64,000 nt of DNA, from positions 1,151 through 65,150 of the forward strand of contig CABMCD010000002.1 in NCBI GenBank assembly GCA_902384555.1, in the 5' to 3' direction. The first letter of the stretch is position 1; each line of letters starts with the position of its first letter. Below the pieces are notes generated by a model. The model saw only the letters and a program-made list of their open reading frames with translations, ran no database searches and had not been told where the DNA came from. This document shows positions 38,386 through 47,086 of this stretch, one piece after another. The stretch is from an uncultured archaeon (GTDB lineage Archaea > Micrarchaeota > Micrarchaeia > Anstonellales > Anstonellaceae). The position numbers and the translations under genes were made by a program.

Positions 38386-38691
38386 ATGGCCGTGCTGCGT
38401 TTTGACATGGAGGGTGTGCTGTGGCACCTGCTGGCCGGCACCCGCGGCGGACCCAACCGGGCCGCTATCCTGCGCCTGCTGGCCAAGCGGCCCTACAACC
38501 TGCACCAGATGGCGCGCAGCCTCAACGTCGGCTACAAGACGATTATCCACCATGTCGAGGTGCTGGTTCGCAACGATTTGGTGGAATGCACGCCAGAGAA
38601 GCGATATGGGGAAATGTATTACCTCACGCCGCTGGCGCGCGAGCATTTGGCGCACATCGAGCGCATTGTGCAGGATTTGGAGAAATCTTAA
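38386..38691 (+). CDS. ArsR-like winged-helix regulator
   Basis: LLAGTRGGPNRAAIL, YKTIIHHVEVL, YGEMY; divergent from the ccdA operon. Confidence 0.85.
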   Translation: MAVLRFDMEGVLWHLLAGTRGGPNRAAILRLLAKRPYNLHQMARSLNVGYKTIIHHVEVLVRNDLVECTPEKRYGEMYYLTPLAREHLAHIERIVQDLEKS

Positions 38692-38720
38692 TTAAGGCAA
38701 ACTGATGCGGAGATGAACGA

Positions 38721-39008
38721 ATGGACCCGTTTATGACGCTCTCGCTGGCGCTGGATGCCTGTTCGGTGCTCCTGCTGCTGCTTCTGCTTTACGTGTATGC
38801 CCAGAACTGGGTGCGCACGCGCATGAAATTCGCGCTGGGTCTGCTGTTTTTCAGCCTCTTTCTGCTGGCCCACAACCTGCTTTCCATCTGGGCCAACGTC
38901 CAGATGATGGAGATTTTGCCGGCGCTGGGAAATCAGGCCAGTTTCGCCCTGTCTTTGATGCAGGTTCTGGGCCTGGGCGCGTTGGCTTGGATTACATACC
39001 GACCCTGA
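38721..39008 (+). CDS. Small 3-TM membrane protein
   Basis: Three hydrophobic helices; follows the regulator. Confidence 0.7.
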   Translation: MDPFMTLSLALDACSVLLLLLLLYVYAQNWVRTRMKFALGLLFFSLFLLAHNLLSIWANVQMMEILPALGNQASFALSLMQVLGLGALAWITYRP

Positions 39009-39091
39009 AGCCGGAGGCGGGCGCGGGCGCTCCTTTTGGGCCCCCAACGGCGCGTTTAAATACCTGCTGGACGAGGCTTAGGCGATAGGAA

Positions 39092-39334
39092 ATGATAACG
39101 TTCCATTATATCGCCGTGGCCGGGCTGGCGCTCACCATCCTGGCTTGGACCCTGCAATACCAGCGCATGCGCGAGGGAAAAATGCGCATCAACCGCCAAT
39201 TCACCGGCCTGGTGGCCATGGGGCTGGTGATGCTGGTCATCGACAATATCCAAAACGGAGTCTATGACACGGGGCTGACCTATGCCCTGCTCTTTGCGGT
39301 CACCATGATGACCTTCTTCTTGACCAAGGAGTAA
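39092..39334 (+). CDS. Small 3-TM membrane protein
   Basis: 80 aa, mostly hydrophobic. Confidence 0.6.
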   Translation: MITFHYIAVAGLALTILAWTLQYQRMREGKMRINRQFTGLVAMGLVMLVIDNIQNGVYDTGLTYALLFAVTMMTFFLTKE

Positions 39335-39366
39335 GAATCGGGGTTTTGGGCCGGATTTGCCGCCTT

Positions 39367-39720
39367 TTATCCCCAGGTTTGGGTGCCGCAGCTGACCGGG
39401 CCGTTGGTCAGGCTTTGGATGATGGTGGGTACCAGCAGCACGATGATTAGGCACATCACCGCCCCGACCAGCGCGCCGGCGGCCATGTTGGTGGCCTTGT
39501 TGGAAAATTCGGCGTTGGGCATGAGCTTGCCGCTGCCGTAGAACACGGCCGCCAGCACCACCAGCAGGATGGAGAGGGGCGGCAGGAGCATCATGAACTG
39601 GCCACAGACGGAGTTGATGGCGTCATTGAGCCCGCCCATGACGGGCTGGGGCTGGGCCAGAACGGCGCCTGAGAGGAGCAGAAGAGAACCGGCTTGCGCA
39701 GAGAGGGGGATACTGGGCAT
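39367..39720 (-). CDS. TrbC/VirB2-like pilin candidate
   Basis: Signal-like N-terminus ending VLA-Q, two TM helices joined by a short basic loop, flanking Cys pair; start moved to ATG 39720. Confidence 0.5.
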   Translation of the reverse strand: MPSIPLSAQAGSLLLLSGAVLAQPQPVMGGLNDAINSVCGQFMMLLPPLSILLVVLAAVFYGSGKLMPNAEFSNKATNMAAGALVGAVMCLIIVLLVPTIIQSLTNGPVSCGTQTWG

Positions 39721-39781
39721 AAAGTCCACCGGGACGGAATTGAATTGAAGAAAAATAGGGAAAGAAAAAAAGAAAAAGGGC

Positions 39782-40462
39782 TCAGATGTCCAAGCCCTTG
39801 CGCACCTTCTTGATGAGGTCGGACGCGTCCTTCTGTCCGCCCAAGCCGAACGCCAGGCCGAACGCAATCGCGACGCCATAGACGATGCCCTGCAGCAGGA
39901 GGGTGAGCACTTCGCGCACGAACTCCATCTTGAAGCCCACGGTCTCAAGGCCAACCACGATGGCCATGATGATGAGCACCCACTTCACGGCCTGCGCAAT
40001 GGTGTACTGGAGGTAGAACTTCTTGAGGTCCAGGATGGCCTCGCGCATCCACTCGCCGACGATGGCGGCCGAGATGATGAGCAGCAGCACCCCGAAGATG
40101 ACCGGCACGTAGAGCAGCACCTGGTTGATGAAGCCCGTCAGGGGCTCCAGCTGCAGCGAGGCGACGGCCAGCTGCAGGAAGATGAGCAGGACATACCAGC
40201 GCGTGAGCGTGGCGAGGATGGGGGTAACCTGGTTGCCGCCCAGCGCATCCTCGATGCGGTATTTCTTGAACGCGCTCTCGATTTGCAGCTGGTCCAGAAG
40301 GGTCTGGATGATGCGCCCGACGATGATGGACACGAAATAGCCCACCAGAAGCAGGATGACGGAGATGACGAGGTTGGGCACGAAGAGGATAATCTTCTGC
40401 ACCGCATCGTTGGCCCCCATCGCCACTGCGTCCGAGAGGGAGGGAATGTTCAGGTCGACCAT
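39782..40462 (-). CDS. MscS/CmpX-like TM-helix-repeat membrane protein
   Basis: FVPNLVISVILLLVGY and YVPVIFGVLLLI repeats; C-terminal AIAFGLAFGLGGQK. Confidence 0.8.
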   Translation of the reverse strand: MVDLNIPSLSDAVAMGANDAVQKIILFVPNLVISVILLLVGYFVSIIVGRIIQTLLDQLQIESAFKKYRIEDALGGNQVTPILATLTRWYVLLIFLQLAVASLQLEPLTGFINQVLLYVPVIFGVLLLIISAAIVGEWMREAILDLKKFYLQYTIAQAVKWVLIIMAIVVGLETVGFKMEFVREVLTLLLQGIVYGVAIAFGLAFGLGGQKDASDLIKKVRKGLDI

Positions 40463-40567
40463 AACGGAATCACCGTCCAGAGGGACGAGCGGATAATTTA
40501 TAAGGGTATTCCCAAATCTCCGAGGTGGAAGGAGTCCGGCTGTGGGGAGGAAAGAGGCGGGAGGCGC

Positions 40568-41443
40568 TCATTTGCGGGCGAGGTAGAAGACGAGCGTGGA
40601 CTTTTTGGGACCGTTGGAATTCGCCGAGAGGCGCTCGATTTTCGCAAATCCGGCGGCGCGCAGGGCGGCTTCGGTTTTCTCTTTCATGCATGGGGGCCAC
40701 TGCTCGCCCGGAGCCTTGACGGGGTGGTAGAGGAGAGCGCCGCCGGGCTTGAGCGCGCGGGCGAAGGAGCGGAAGAACGTTTTGTCGGAGGGGTGGAGGT
40801 TGGAGAAGGAGTGCAGGACCACGTCGAACGAGGCAGGGGGGAAGGGAAGGCGGGAGGCGGAAGAGACGGCAAGATGAGAGGACGGGACAACCCCCGCTCC
40901 AAGCGCCAGCATGCCCTCGCTGAGGTCCGAGCAGAAGACGTCCAAATCCTTTCTTTCTTTTTTCGCCGCCTTGGCGAACGTGCAGTCGCCGGCCGAGGCG
41001 TCGAGGACTTTGGAATCCTTGGAGATGAAATCCAAAAATACGGCCAATTGATGCGCGCGGCCCGGCTCGACGTGGTATTTGTAGCGGGGGGCGATGGAAT
41101 CGTAGAACGAGCGGACTTGGCGCTGAGGTGAGGAGGCGCGCAGGTTGGAATAGAGCCCGCCAATCCAGCGCGAGAGGACGAAGCGAATGGGGCGGGAGGC
41201 GGACGAGGAGCGCACGAACAGATGGATTTTCTTGGGCAGGGCTTTGGTGATGGAGGCTTCGAGGATAAGGATGGAGGAAGCGGGATGGAAAGAAACCGGC
41301 TTTGGGCCCGATATTTGGTATTCGGCCTCTTTCTCGCCATTTCTTTTTTCCAGCTTCAATTTCGCCCATTTCTTCCCGTCGTGGAACTGGACGAACGGGG
41401 GCAGGGGCCAGTAGCCGGGAGTGCGGATGCGGAGAGAGGGCAT
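40568..41443 (-). CDS. Class I SAM-dependent methyltransferase with extra N-terminal region
   Basis: FYDSIAPRY, VLDASAGDC, SDLSEGML, LPFPPASFD, LKPGG. Confidence 0.8.
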   Translation of the reverse strand: MPSLRIRTPGYWPLPPFVQFHDGKKWAKLKLEKRNGEKEAEYQISGPKPVSFHPASSILILEASITKALPKKIHLFVRSSSASRPIRFVLSRWIGGLYSNLRASSPQRQVRSFYDSIAPRYKYHVEPGRAHQLAVFLDFISKDSKVLDASAGDCTFAKAAKKERKDLDVFCSDLSEGMLALGAGVVPSSHLAVSSASRLPFPPASFDVVLHSFSNLHPSDKTFFRSFARALKPGGALLYHPVKAPGEQWPPCMKEKTEAALRAAGFAKIERLSANSNGPKKSTLVFYLARK

Positions 41444-41538
41444 AGGACGTCAGCTAGGAGGAAAACAAAATGAAAATTCAAAAACCGGACTGGATTGTAA
41501 AATTTGGAAATGAAAAATTTAGAAAAATGAAAAAGAAA

Positions 41539-41979
41539 TTATTCGCTCTCCTTGACCGAGAGCGGCTGCTTCTGCCCGCGCTGCATGGCCATCATCTGGC
41601 CGTTGCGCCACATGTCTTTGGGGAAGTGGCGGCCGCGGTTGAAGAAGTTCTTCTCGTACGTCTTGGCCTCCAGCTTGGAGACGATGACGTCGGTGGCCTG
41701 CTCGACATCGAAGTCCTTGCAGGAGAAGATGTCGACCGAGGCGTAGCCCTTCTCGGGGAAGGTGTGAATCGAGATGTGCGATTCGGCAATCAGGACGATG
41801 CCGGACACGCCCCAGTCCTCGGGCTTGAGGCCCGAATAGGAGAACGTGTAGGGGGGCATGATTTTGGTCATACCGACCAGCCCCGGCATCTCGTCCAGGA
41901 AATTGTAAACAAAGCCCACTTCTTTGAGCTTCTTTTTGCTGCATCCGTACAAGTCAAGCGTCAAGTGCGGTCCGAACAT
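41539..41979 (-). CDS. speD: Pyruvoyl-dependent S-adenosylmethionine decarboxylase proenzyme
   Basis: GPHLTLDLYGC, GVSGIVLIAESHISIHTFPE, DIFSC; an arginine-decarboxylase paralog cannot be excluded. Confidence 0.88.
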   Translation of the reverse strand: MFGPHLTLDLYGCSKKKLKEVGFVYNFLDEMPGLVGMTKIMPPYTFSYSGLKPEDWGVSGIVLIAESHISIHTFPEKGYASVDIFSCKDFDVEQATDVIVSKLEAKTYEKNFFNRGRHFPKDMWRNGQMMAMQRGQKQPLSVKESE

Positions 41980-42351
41980 CTTGTTCTTTTCCTCCGTGGT
42001 TCGCTCGGCCCTCTTTGGGTGCCGACGTATTTGTTTGAAACGGGATAAGCTTATAAAACAAATGCAGAATACGACCAATTAGGGGCGATTATAGCGTCTT
42101 TTAGGCAATTAGAAGCTCTATTAATTGATTTGGCCAAAAAAGGGGGCAGATAAACCGTTTTGAATGAATTAGGCATGATTTAAACTTGATATGCCCAAAA
42201 TGCCTATGTTTCCCCTTGTTTTTTTCAATTCGGCTCGATTTAAACTCTTTTTATCGAACAAGGAGGGTTAATAGAGGAGGGAAAAACGGCGAACGACGAA
42301 GAGGGAAAATACAGGGGGCCGGACGCCATGCGGATTTTTTTCGGCGCGGGC

Positions 42352-42687
42352 TCAGGCAGGGCTTTTGGAGGTTTTTCTCTTCAGCCCCGCCACCGTGCCG
42401 GAGATGCGCTCGGATTCGAGGTGCGCGGGCAGGTCTCCGAGGCGGGCGATGAGCGCGAGGCTGGCCGTGAGGCGGCGCTCCGATCCGCGCAGGCAGCGCA
42501 GCACGAACGCGCCGGTCTTGGCGTCGTAGGAAATGAGCGAGGCCTGCGTGGCCTGGATGCCCTCCACGCCGATTTGCCAGGTGAGCGCGCGCATCAGCTC
42601 GGATTTGAAGCGGTTCTCCTCCAACTGGGGGGAGAGGCGGGCGCGGGCGAGGACGTAGCGCCAGTTGGGGGCCAAAGTCGATTTCAT
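42352..42687 (-). CDS. RNase P protein Pop5/Rpp14
   Basis: RYVL, FVLRCLRG, ISGTVAGLK; adjacent to rpp30. Confidence 0.8.
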   Translation of the reverse strand: MKSTLAPNWRYVLARARLSPQLEENRFKSELMRALTWQIGVEGIQATQASLISYDAKTGAFVLRCLRGSERRLTASLALIARLGDLPAHLESERISGTVAGLKRKTSKSPA

Positions 42688-42711
42688 GCAAGAAAAACCT
42701 CATGGACGGAT

Positions 42712-43182
42712 TTAAGCCTTGTCCCCGGCGAGCGGAGATTCGCTTAATGCTTTCATCACCACGCCCGGCGGCAGGCCGAGGCGCTCGCCGACGCAGGCCA
42801 GTTCCAGCGGATTTCTCAATTCGTTTTCGTTTCGGGCCATCGAGGCGAGCCTCACGCTCCCGCCGAAGTGGCGCACCATCTGCGCCATGTGCGCGGTGCG
42901 CGAGAGGCGCTTGCCCATCTCGAGGGGAGGCAGAAGCAGCAAATCGGCCAGCCCGATGACCATGACGGCGCCATGCTCCTTGAACAGGCGCGCCAGACCC
43001 ACGTCGGGCTGCCAAATCGGCATGTGGATGAATTTGGCGCGCTTCATCATCACGCGGGCGCGCTCGACGTCGGGAACGGAGGAGAACACGGAAGGCGGGA
43101 GGGTGCGCACGTCGGTCAGACGGGCGGCGGCATCCTCCCAAGAGGCATCGGGCGAGAAGCGCACCAAATCGAAGGTTTGCAT
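42712..43182 (-). CDS. Short RNase P protein Rpp30-like
   Basis: ASMARNENELRNPLEL...LGL C-terminal motif and gene context; start moved to ATG 43182. Confidence 0.7.
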   Translation of the reverse strand: MQTFDLVRFSPDASWEDAAARLTDVRTLPPSVFSSVPDVERARVMMKRAKFIHMPIWQPDVGLARLFKEHGAVMVIGLADLLLLPPLEMGKRLSRTAHMAQMVRHFGGSVRLASMARNENELRNPLELACVGERLGLPPGVVMKALSESPLAGDKA

Positions 43183-43213
43183 CAAAGCAATGGATGGGAG
43201 ATAGACATAATAA

Positions 43214-44749
43214 ATGCACGCGGGAATGAAACCAAGCATGAAGCAGTGGCTGAACCGCTCCTCAAAGGACACGCGGTGGGGTCAGGCTATTGACGCGGTG
43301 GCCCTTCTCTTCTTCGTCTTTTTCGTGCTCGGCCCCCTCTTCTTCGTCTTCAGCAAGGCCGCCAATCTGGAATTCAGCCCGGCCATGCAGGAGGCGCTCG
43401 TCACCTCGTTCGGCATCGCGGCCGCGGTCACGGCCATCGACCTCTTGATGGGCATTCCCATGGCGTGGATGCTGGCGCGCAAGCGCTTCCCGCTCAAGGA
43501 GCTGGTCGACACCCTCATCGACCTGCCGCTCATCATCCCCACCAGCGCGCTGGGCCTGTCCATCGCCCTTTTCTGGGGCTCCAGCGGACTGGGCCTGCTG
43601 CAGCCCGGCATCGCCATGATTGTGCTGCTGCACATCGCGTTTACCTTCCCCTACGTGGTGCGCACCACGCAGGCCGCCATGCTGGAGCTGGACGGAGATT
43701 TGGCGCGGGCGGCCTCGACCTTGGGCGCCTCGCCCTTCCTCGCCTTCCGAACGGTGTGGCTGCCCTTGGTGCGGGCGGGCGCCGTTTCCGGCGCGCTGCT
43801 GGCCTTCACCCGCTCCTTGGGCGAGACGGGGGCCACCATGCTGGTGGCCGGCGCGGCCAAGACGGTGCCGATTCTCACCGTGTATTACAAGAACGCCGCT
43901 CCCTCGGACCTGAACGCGGCGCTCACCCTCTCGGCCGTCTTCCTCATCGCCTCGGCGCTGATTTTCGTGCTGGTGCGCCAGCAGCTGGGCGTCAAGCGCA
44001 TGCGGCTGGGACAGGTGAACGCGCAGCTGGAGCGGCGCCTCAGCCGCCTGGGACAGGTGTCGGACGGGGCCAGCCTGCTCTTCCTCCTCGCCATCGTGCT
44101 GCTGCCTTCCTTCTATTTCCTCAAGTTTACGGACCTCAATTTCTTCTCCGGCCCCTCCCTGCAGGCCATCGGCATCTCCTTCGCCGTGGCGGGGGCGGCG
44201 ACGGCGCTCTCGTTCGTGTTCGGCATCCCCTTGGCGCTCTTCATCGCCTCCAACAAGCGCGGCAGCGGGCTGGTGAAACTGCTCAATGAGCTGAGCATGA
44301 TCATGCCCACCGTCACCATCGGCCTCTCCCTCGCCCTCTTCTGGGCCGGGCGCGCGCCGGAGGCCGTGGTGCTGGTGCTGGCGCACACGGCCATGATATT
44401 CCCCTATTTCGTCGGCTCGGTGAGCGAGGTGCTGGCCGAGATGGACGAGAACCTCACGCAGGTCGCGCGCACGCTGGGCGCGACGCCGCTGCATGCGTTC
44501 CGCACCGTGGTTCTGCCCCTCATCAAGCCCACGCTCGTCGCGGGGCTGGTGGTGGCCTTCATGCGCTCGGTGAGCGAGACGGGCGGCACGCTGGCGGTCT
44601 CGCAGAACATCCAGACCGTCCCCATCCTGATTGTCAACCTCAGCAAGGCCGGACAGAACGCGCAGGCCGCCTCGGCGGCCGTGCTGCTGCTGGCGCTCTC
44701 CATCGCACTGGTGCTGGTGCTGAGGTGGAGCTCGAAAAAGAAGTGGTGA
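43214..44749 (+). CDS. ABC importer permease with two fused MetI-type domains (ModB/WtpB/FbpB-like)
   Basis: DLPLIIPT, two EAA loops (ASTLGA, ARTLGA), RSLGETG and RSVSETG; start may be 43226 or 43238. Confidence 0.88.
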   Translation: MHAGMKPSMKQWLNRSSKDTRWGQAIDAVALLFFVFFVLGPLFFVFSKAANLEFSPAMQEALVTSFGIAAAVTAIDLLMGIPMAWMLARKRFPLKELVDTLIDLPLIIPTSALGLSIALFWGSSGLGLLQPGIAMIVLLHIAFTFPYVVRTTQAAMLELDGDLARAASTLGASPFLAFRTVWLPLVRAGAVSGALLAFTRSLGETGATMLVAGAAKTVPILTVYYKNAAPSDLNAALTLSAVFLIASALIFVLVRQQLGVKRMRLGQVNAQLERRLSRLGQVSDGASLLFLLAIVLLPSFYFLKFTDLNFFSGPSLQAIGISFAVAGAATALSFVFGIPLALFIASNKRGSGLVKLLNELSMIMPTVTIGLSLALFWAGRAPEAVVLVLAHTAMIFPYFVGSVSEVLAEMDENLTQVARTLGATPLHAFRTVVLPLIKPTLVAGLVVAFMRSVSETGGTLAVSQNIQTVPILIVNLSKAGQNAQAASAAVLLLALSIALVLVLRWSSKKKW

Positions 44750-45786
44750 TGCAAATGCCCCATATCCAAATCCGGAACGTCTCGAAATACTACGGCAGCG
44801 TGAAGGCGCTGCACAACGTCGACCTGGACATCGAGGACGGCGAGTACGTGGTGCTGCTGGGGCCCTCCGGCTGCGGCAAGACGACGCTGTTGAAAATCGT
44901 CGCCGGCACCGTCGAGCCCAGCTCCGGGCACGTATCGCTGGCGGGGCGGGACCTCACCCGCCTGCCGCCCGAAGACCGCGGCATCGGGTTCGTGTTCCAG
45001 AACTACGCGCTCTTCCCCCACCTCTCGGCGCTGGAGAATGCCTCGTACGGGCGCCTCGCGCGGGGGGAGGCGCCGGAGAAGGCGCACCGCATCGGGCAGG
45101 AGATGCTCAAGCTGGTGCACCTCGCCGAGCGCGCGGACGCCATTCCCAAGGAGCTGTCGGGCGGCATGCAGCAGCGCCTCGCCATCGCCCGCGCGCTGGC
45201 CACCGGCTCCAAGCTGCTGCTGCTCGACGAGCCCACCAACGCGCTGGACGCCCACATCCGCACCGAGCTGCGCGAGGAGCTGCGGCGCATGGCCAAGCAG
45301 CTGGGCCTCACCGTGGTCCACGTCACGCACGACCAGGAGGAGGCCATGGCGCTGGCCGACAAAATCGTGATTATGCGCCAGGGCAAGATATTGCAGGCCG
45401 GCACGCCCAAGGAGGTCTATGAGCATCCGGCCACGCCGTTCGTGGCCAACTTCTTGGGCGAGGCCAACTTCCTGCGCGTGACCTTCGAGGACGACCGGGC
45501 GCAGCTTCTGGGCCGGCCGGTGGAGGCGCGCCTGCGCGGGCCGCACATCGCCTGCATCCGCCCCGAGAGCCTGCGCCTCGACGACAAGGGGGCCAAAATC
45601 AGGATTCTGGGCAGCCGCGCGTTCGGGCCCTTCTACAAATACGACGTGGACTACAACGGCCTTTCCCTGCGCGTGCGCGCGACGCACGACAAGAGCGACG
45701 CCACGCACGTGAGCTTCGACCCGGCGGACGTGCTGTATTTCAGCGAGCCGGATGAGGGGCTGGAAAAGGCGCTGTCAGCCGTATAA
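44749..45786 (+). CDS. ABC importer ATPase (PotA/FbpC/WtpC-like)
   Basis: GPSGCGKT, LSGGMQQR, LLDEP, VTHDQ; TGATG coupling with the permease. Confidence 0.93.
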   Translation: MQMPHIQIRNVSKYYGSVKALHNVDLDIEDGEYVVLLGPSGCGKTTLLKIVAGTVEPSSGHVSLAGRDLTRLPPEDRGIGFVFQNYALFPHLSALENASYGRLARGEAPEKAHRIGQEMLKLVHLAERADAIPKELSGGMQQRLAIARALATGSKLLLLDEPTNALDAHIRTELREELRRMAKQLGLTVVHVTHDQEEAMALADKIVIMRQGKILQAGTPKEVYEHPATPFVANFLGEANFLRVTFEDDRAQLLGRPVEARLRGPHIACIRPESLRLDDKGAKIRILGSRAFGPFYKYDVDYNGLSLRVRATHDKSDATHVSFDPADVLYFSEPDEGLEKALSAV

Positions 45787-45864
45787 GCAGGATGGAAAAA
45801 CTTGAAAAAGAGATGAAAAAGAGAACGAAAAAAATCGAGAAAACCAAAAAAACTGTTTTTCTTT

Positions 45865-46377
45865 TTACCTCGACTTCTCCGAGCCGTTGCCCTTGGAGTA
45901 GAGGCCCCGGCCGCGGCGGGCCGACGAGGTCAGGCCGCGGAAGGCGCGGCCGCGCGTGAGCGTGCCGCTGTATTTCTCCGCATCCACGAGGATGATTTCG
46001 AAATACTTGTACTGGCCGTCGGAGCCCACGAAGTAGGAATTGAGCACTTCGAGGTTGGAATAGCGGCGGGCGGCGCGCTCCTCGGCGATGTGCTGCAGCG
46101 ACTTGCCCGGCTGGACGTAAGCGTAATTCTTGCCCGGCTTGCGGCCGCCCCAGGGGTGCGGGCGCTTGCGCATGCCGCGTCCGACGCGGACGCGCACGAT
46201 GCACCAGCCCTGCTTGGCCTTGTAACCCAAGGTGCGGGCGCGGGCGAGGTTGGTGGGGCGCTCGGCGCGCTCAATCGCGCCCTCTTTGCGCCACTTCGAG
46301 AGGCGGGCGCGGTAAATCGCGCTGCGCTCGTGGTACTCGGCCTGGAAAGTCTGTTGGATATGGCTGTACATGCTCAT
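45865..46377 (-). CDS. rpl15e: 50S ribosomal protein L15e
   Basis: RPTNLARARTLGYKAKQG, RYSNLEVLNSYFVGSDGQYKYFEIILVD. Confidence 0.97.
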   Translation of the reverse strand: MSMYSHIQQTFQAEYHERSAIYRARLSKWRKEGAIERAERPTNLARARTLGYKAKQGWCIVRVRVGRGMRKRPHPWGGRKPGKNYAYVQPGKSLQHIAEERAARRYSNLEVLNSYFVGSDGQYKYFEIILVDAEKYSGTLTRGRAFRGLTSSARRGRGLYSKGNGSEKSR

Positions 46378-46608
46378 CGGGTATCACCCAGTGTATTCTT
46401 TTTGGAAGCACCAAAGCTTCGGGACGGATTCGGGATACGACTCCTACATCTCGACGTCTTGAAAGAAGATGGGAAGGCGGAATTTAATAAAGATATGTCG
46501 GGGGCGGATGCGCGGCTCGGATGCGCGCCAAAGACCGGAAAGGGGCAAATAGAACACGAAAATACACTCATTATAAACACAGGCCTGCCTAATAGGAACC
46601 GTGAAAAC

Positions 46609-47067
46609 ATGAACTTGCCTCAAAACATCCGGCTGCAAAAAGACGGCCGAATCCAATACGCGATGCAGCGCCGCGAAATCGGCGTGCTGGCCATCGACTT
46701 GAAGGATACGGGGGCCATTTTCAAGAACCGCAAAAACAGCGAACGCCTCGAATCGGTGCTGGGGCCAGTCGTGAAAAAGGTGGCCGAAACCCACAGAGAC
46801 GGGCTGAATGCCGAGCAAACGAACACCGTGGTTTCCAACGCCGCCTATCTCATACAGAAGCGAAAAGCGTCGAAATTCGATTCGATGGTGCGGCTGGAAA
46901 CGGATAAGGGCGAGGCGCTGGAAGCGGTGAAAGCCCCCAGTCGCCTCGAGGCCTTTGTGCGCTCACCGTTCAAATTCAAATCCGCCTGGCAGAACGCGCG
47001 GCTGCACTATGCATTCCAAATCGAGCAGACCATCAAGCTGCTGATAGACGATGCCGCAGGCTACTGA
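46609..47067 (+). CDS. Hypothetical protein
   Basis: ATG 46609 downstream of TTATAAA (46571-46577); no motif recognised. Confidence 0.55.
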   Translation: MNLPQNIRLQKDGRIQYAMQRREIGVLAIDLKDTGAIFKNRKNSERLESVLGPVVKKVAETHRDGLNAEQTNTVVSNAAYLIQKRKASKFDSMVRLETDKGEALEAVKAPSRLEAFVRSPFKFKSAWQNARLHYAFQIEQTIKLLIDDAAGY

Positions 47068-47086
47068 AGAAAAAAGTCCCTCTTTT

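Noticed and set aside
41445-41538. A-rich or T-rich intergenic tracts (also about 20379-20405, 39745-39780, 45790-45864, 49555-49620)
   Set aside because: They read as oligo(U) at gene 3' ends, as expected for ordinary archaeal terminators.
41980-42030. Possible SAM or polyamine riboswitch in the speD leader
   Set aside because: Only a short UCGGC/GCCGA hairpin; no similarity to known SAM aptamer consensus.
42080-42340. Replication origin
   Set aside because: AT-rich, but no recognisable ORB repeats and no cdc6/orc1 gene in the window.
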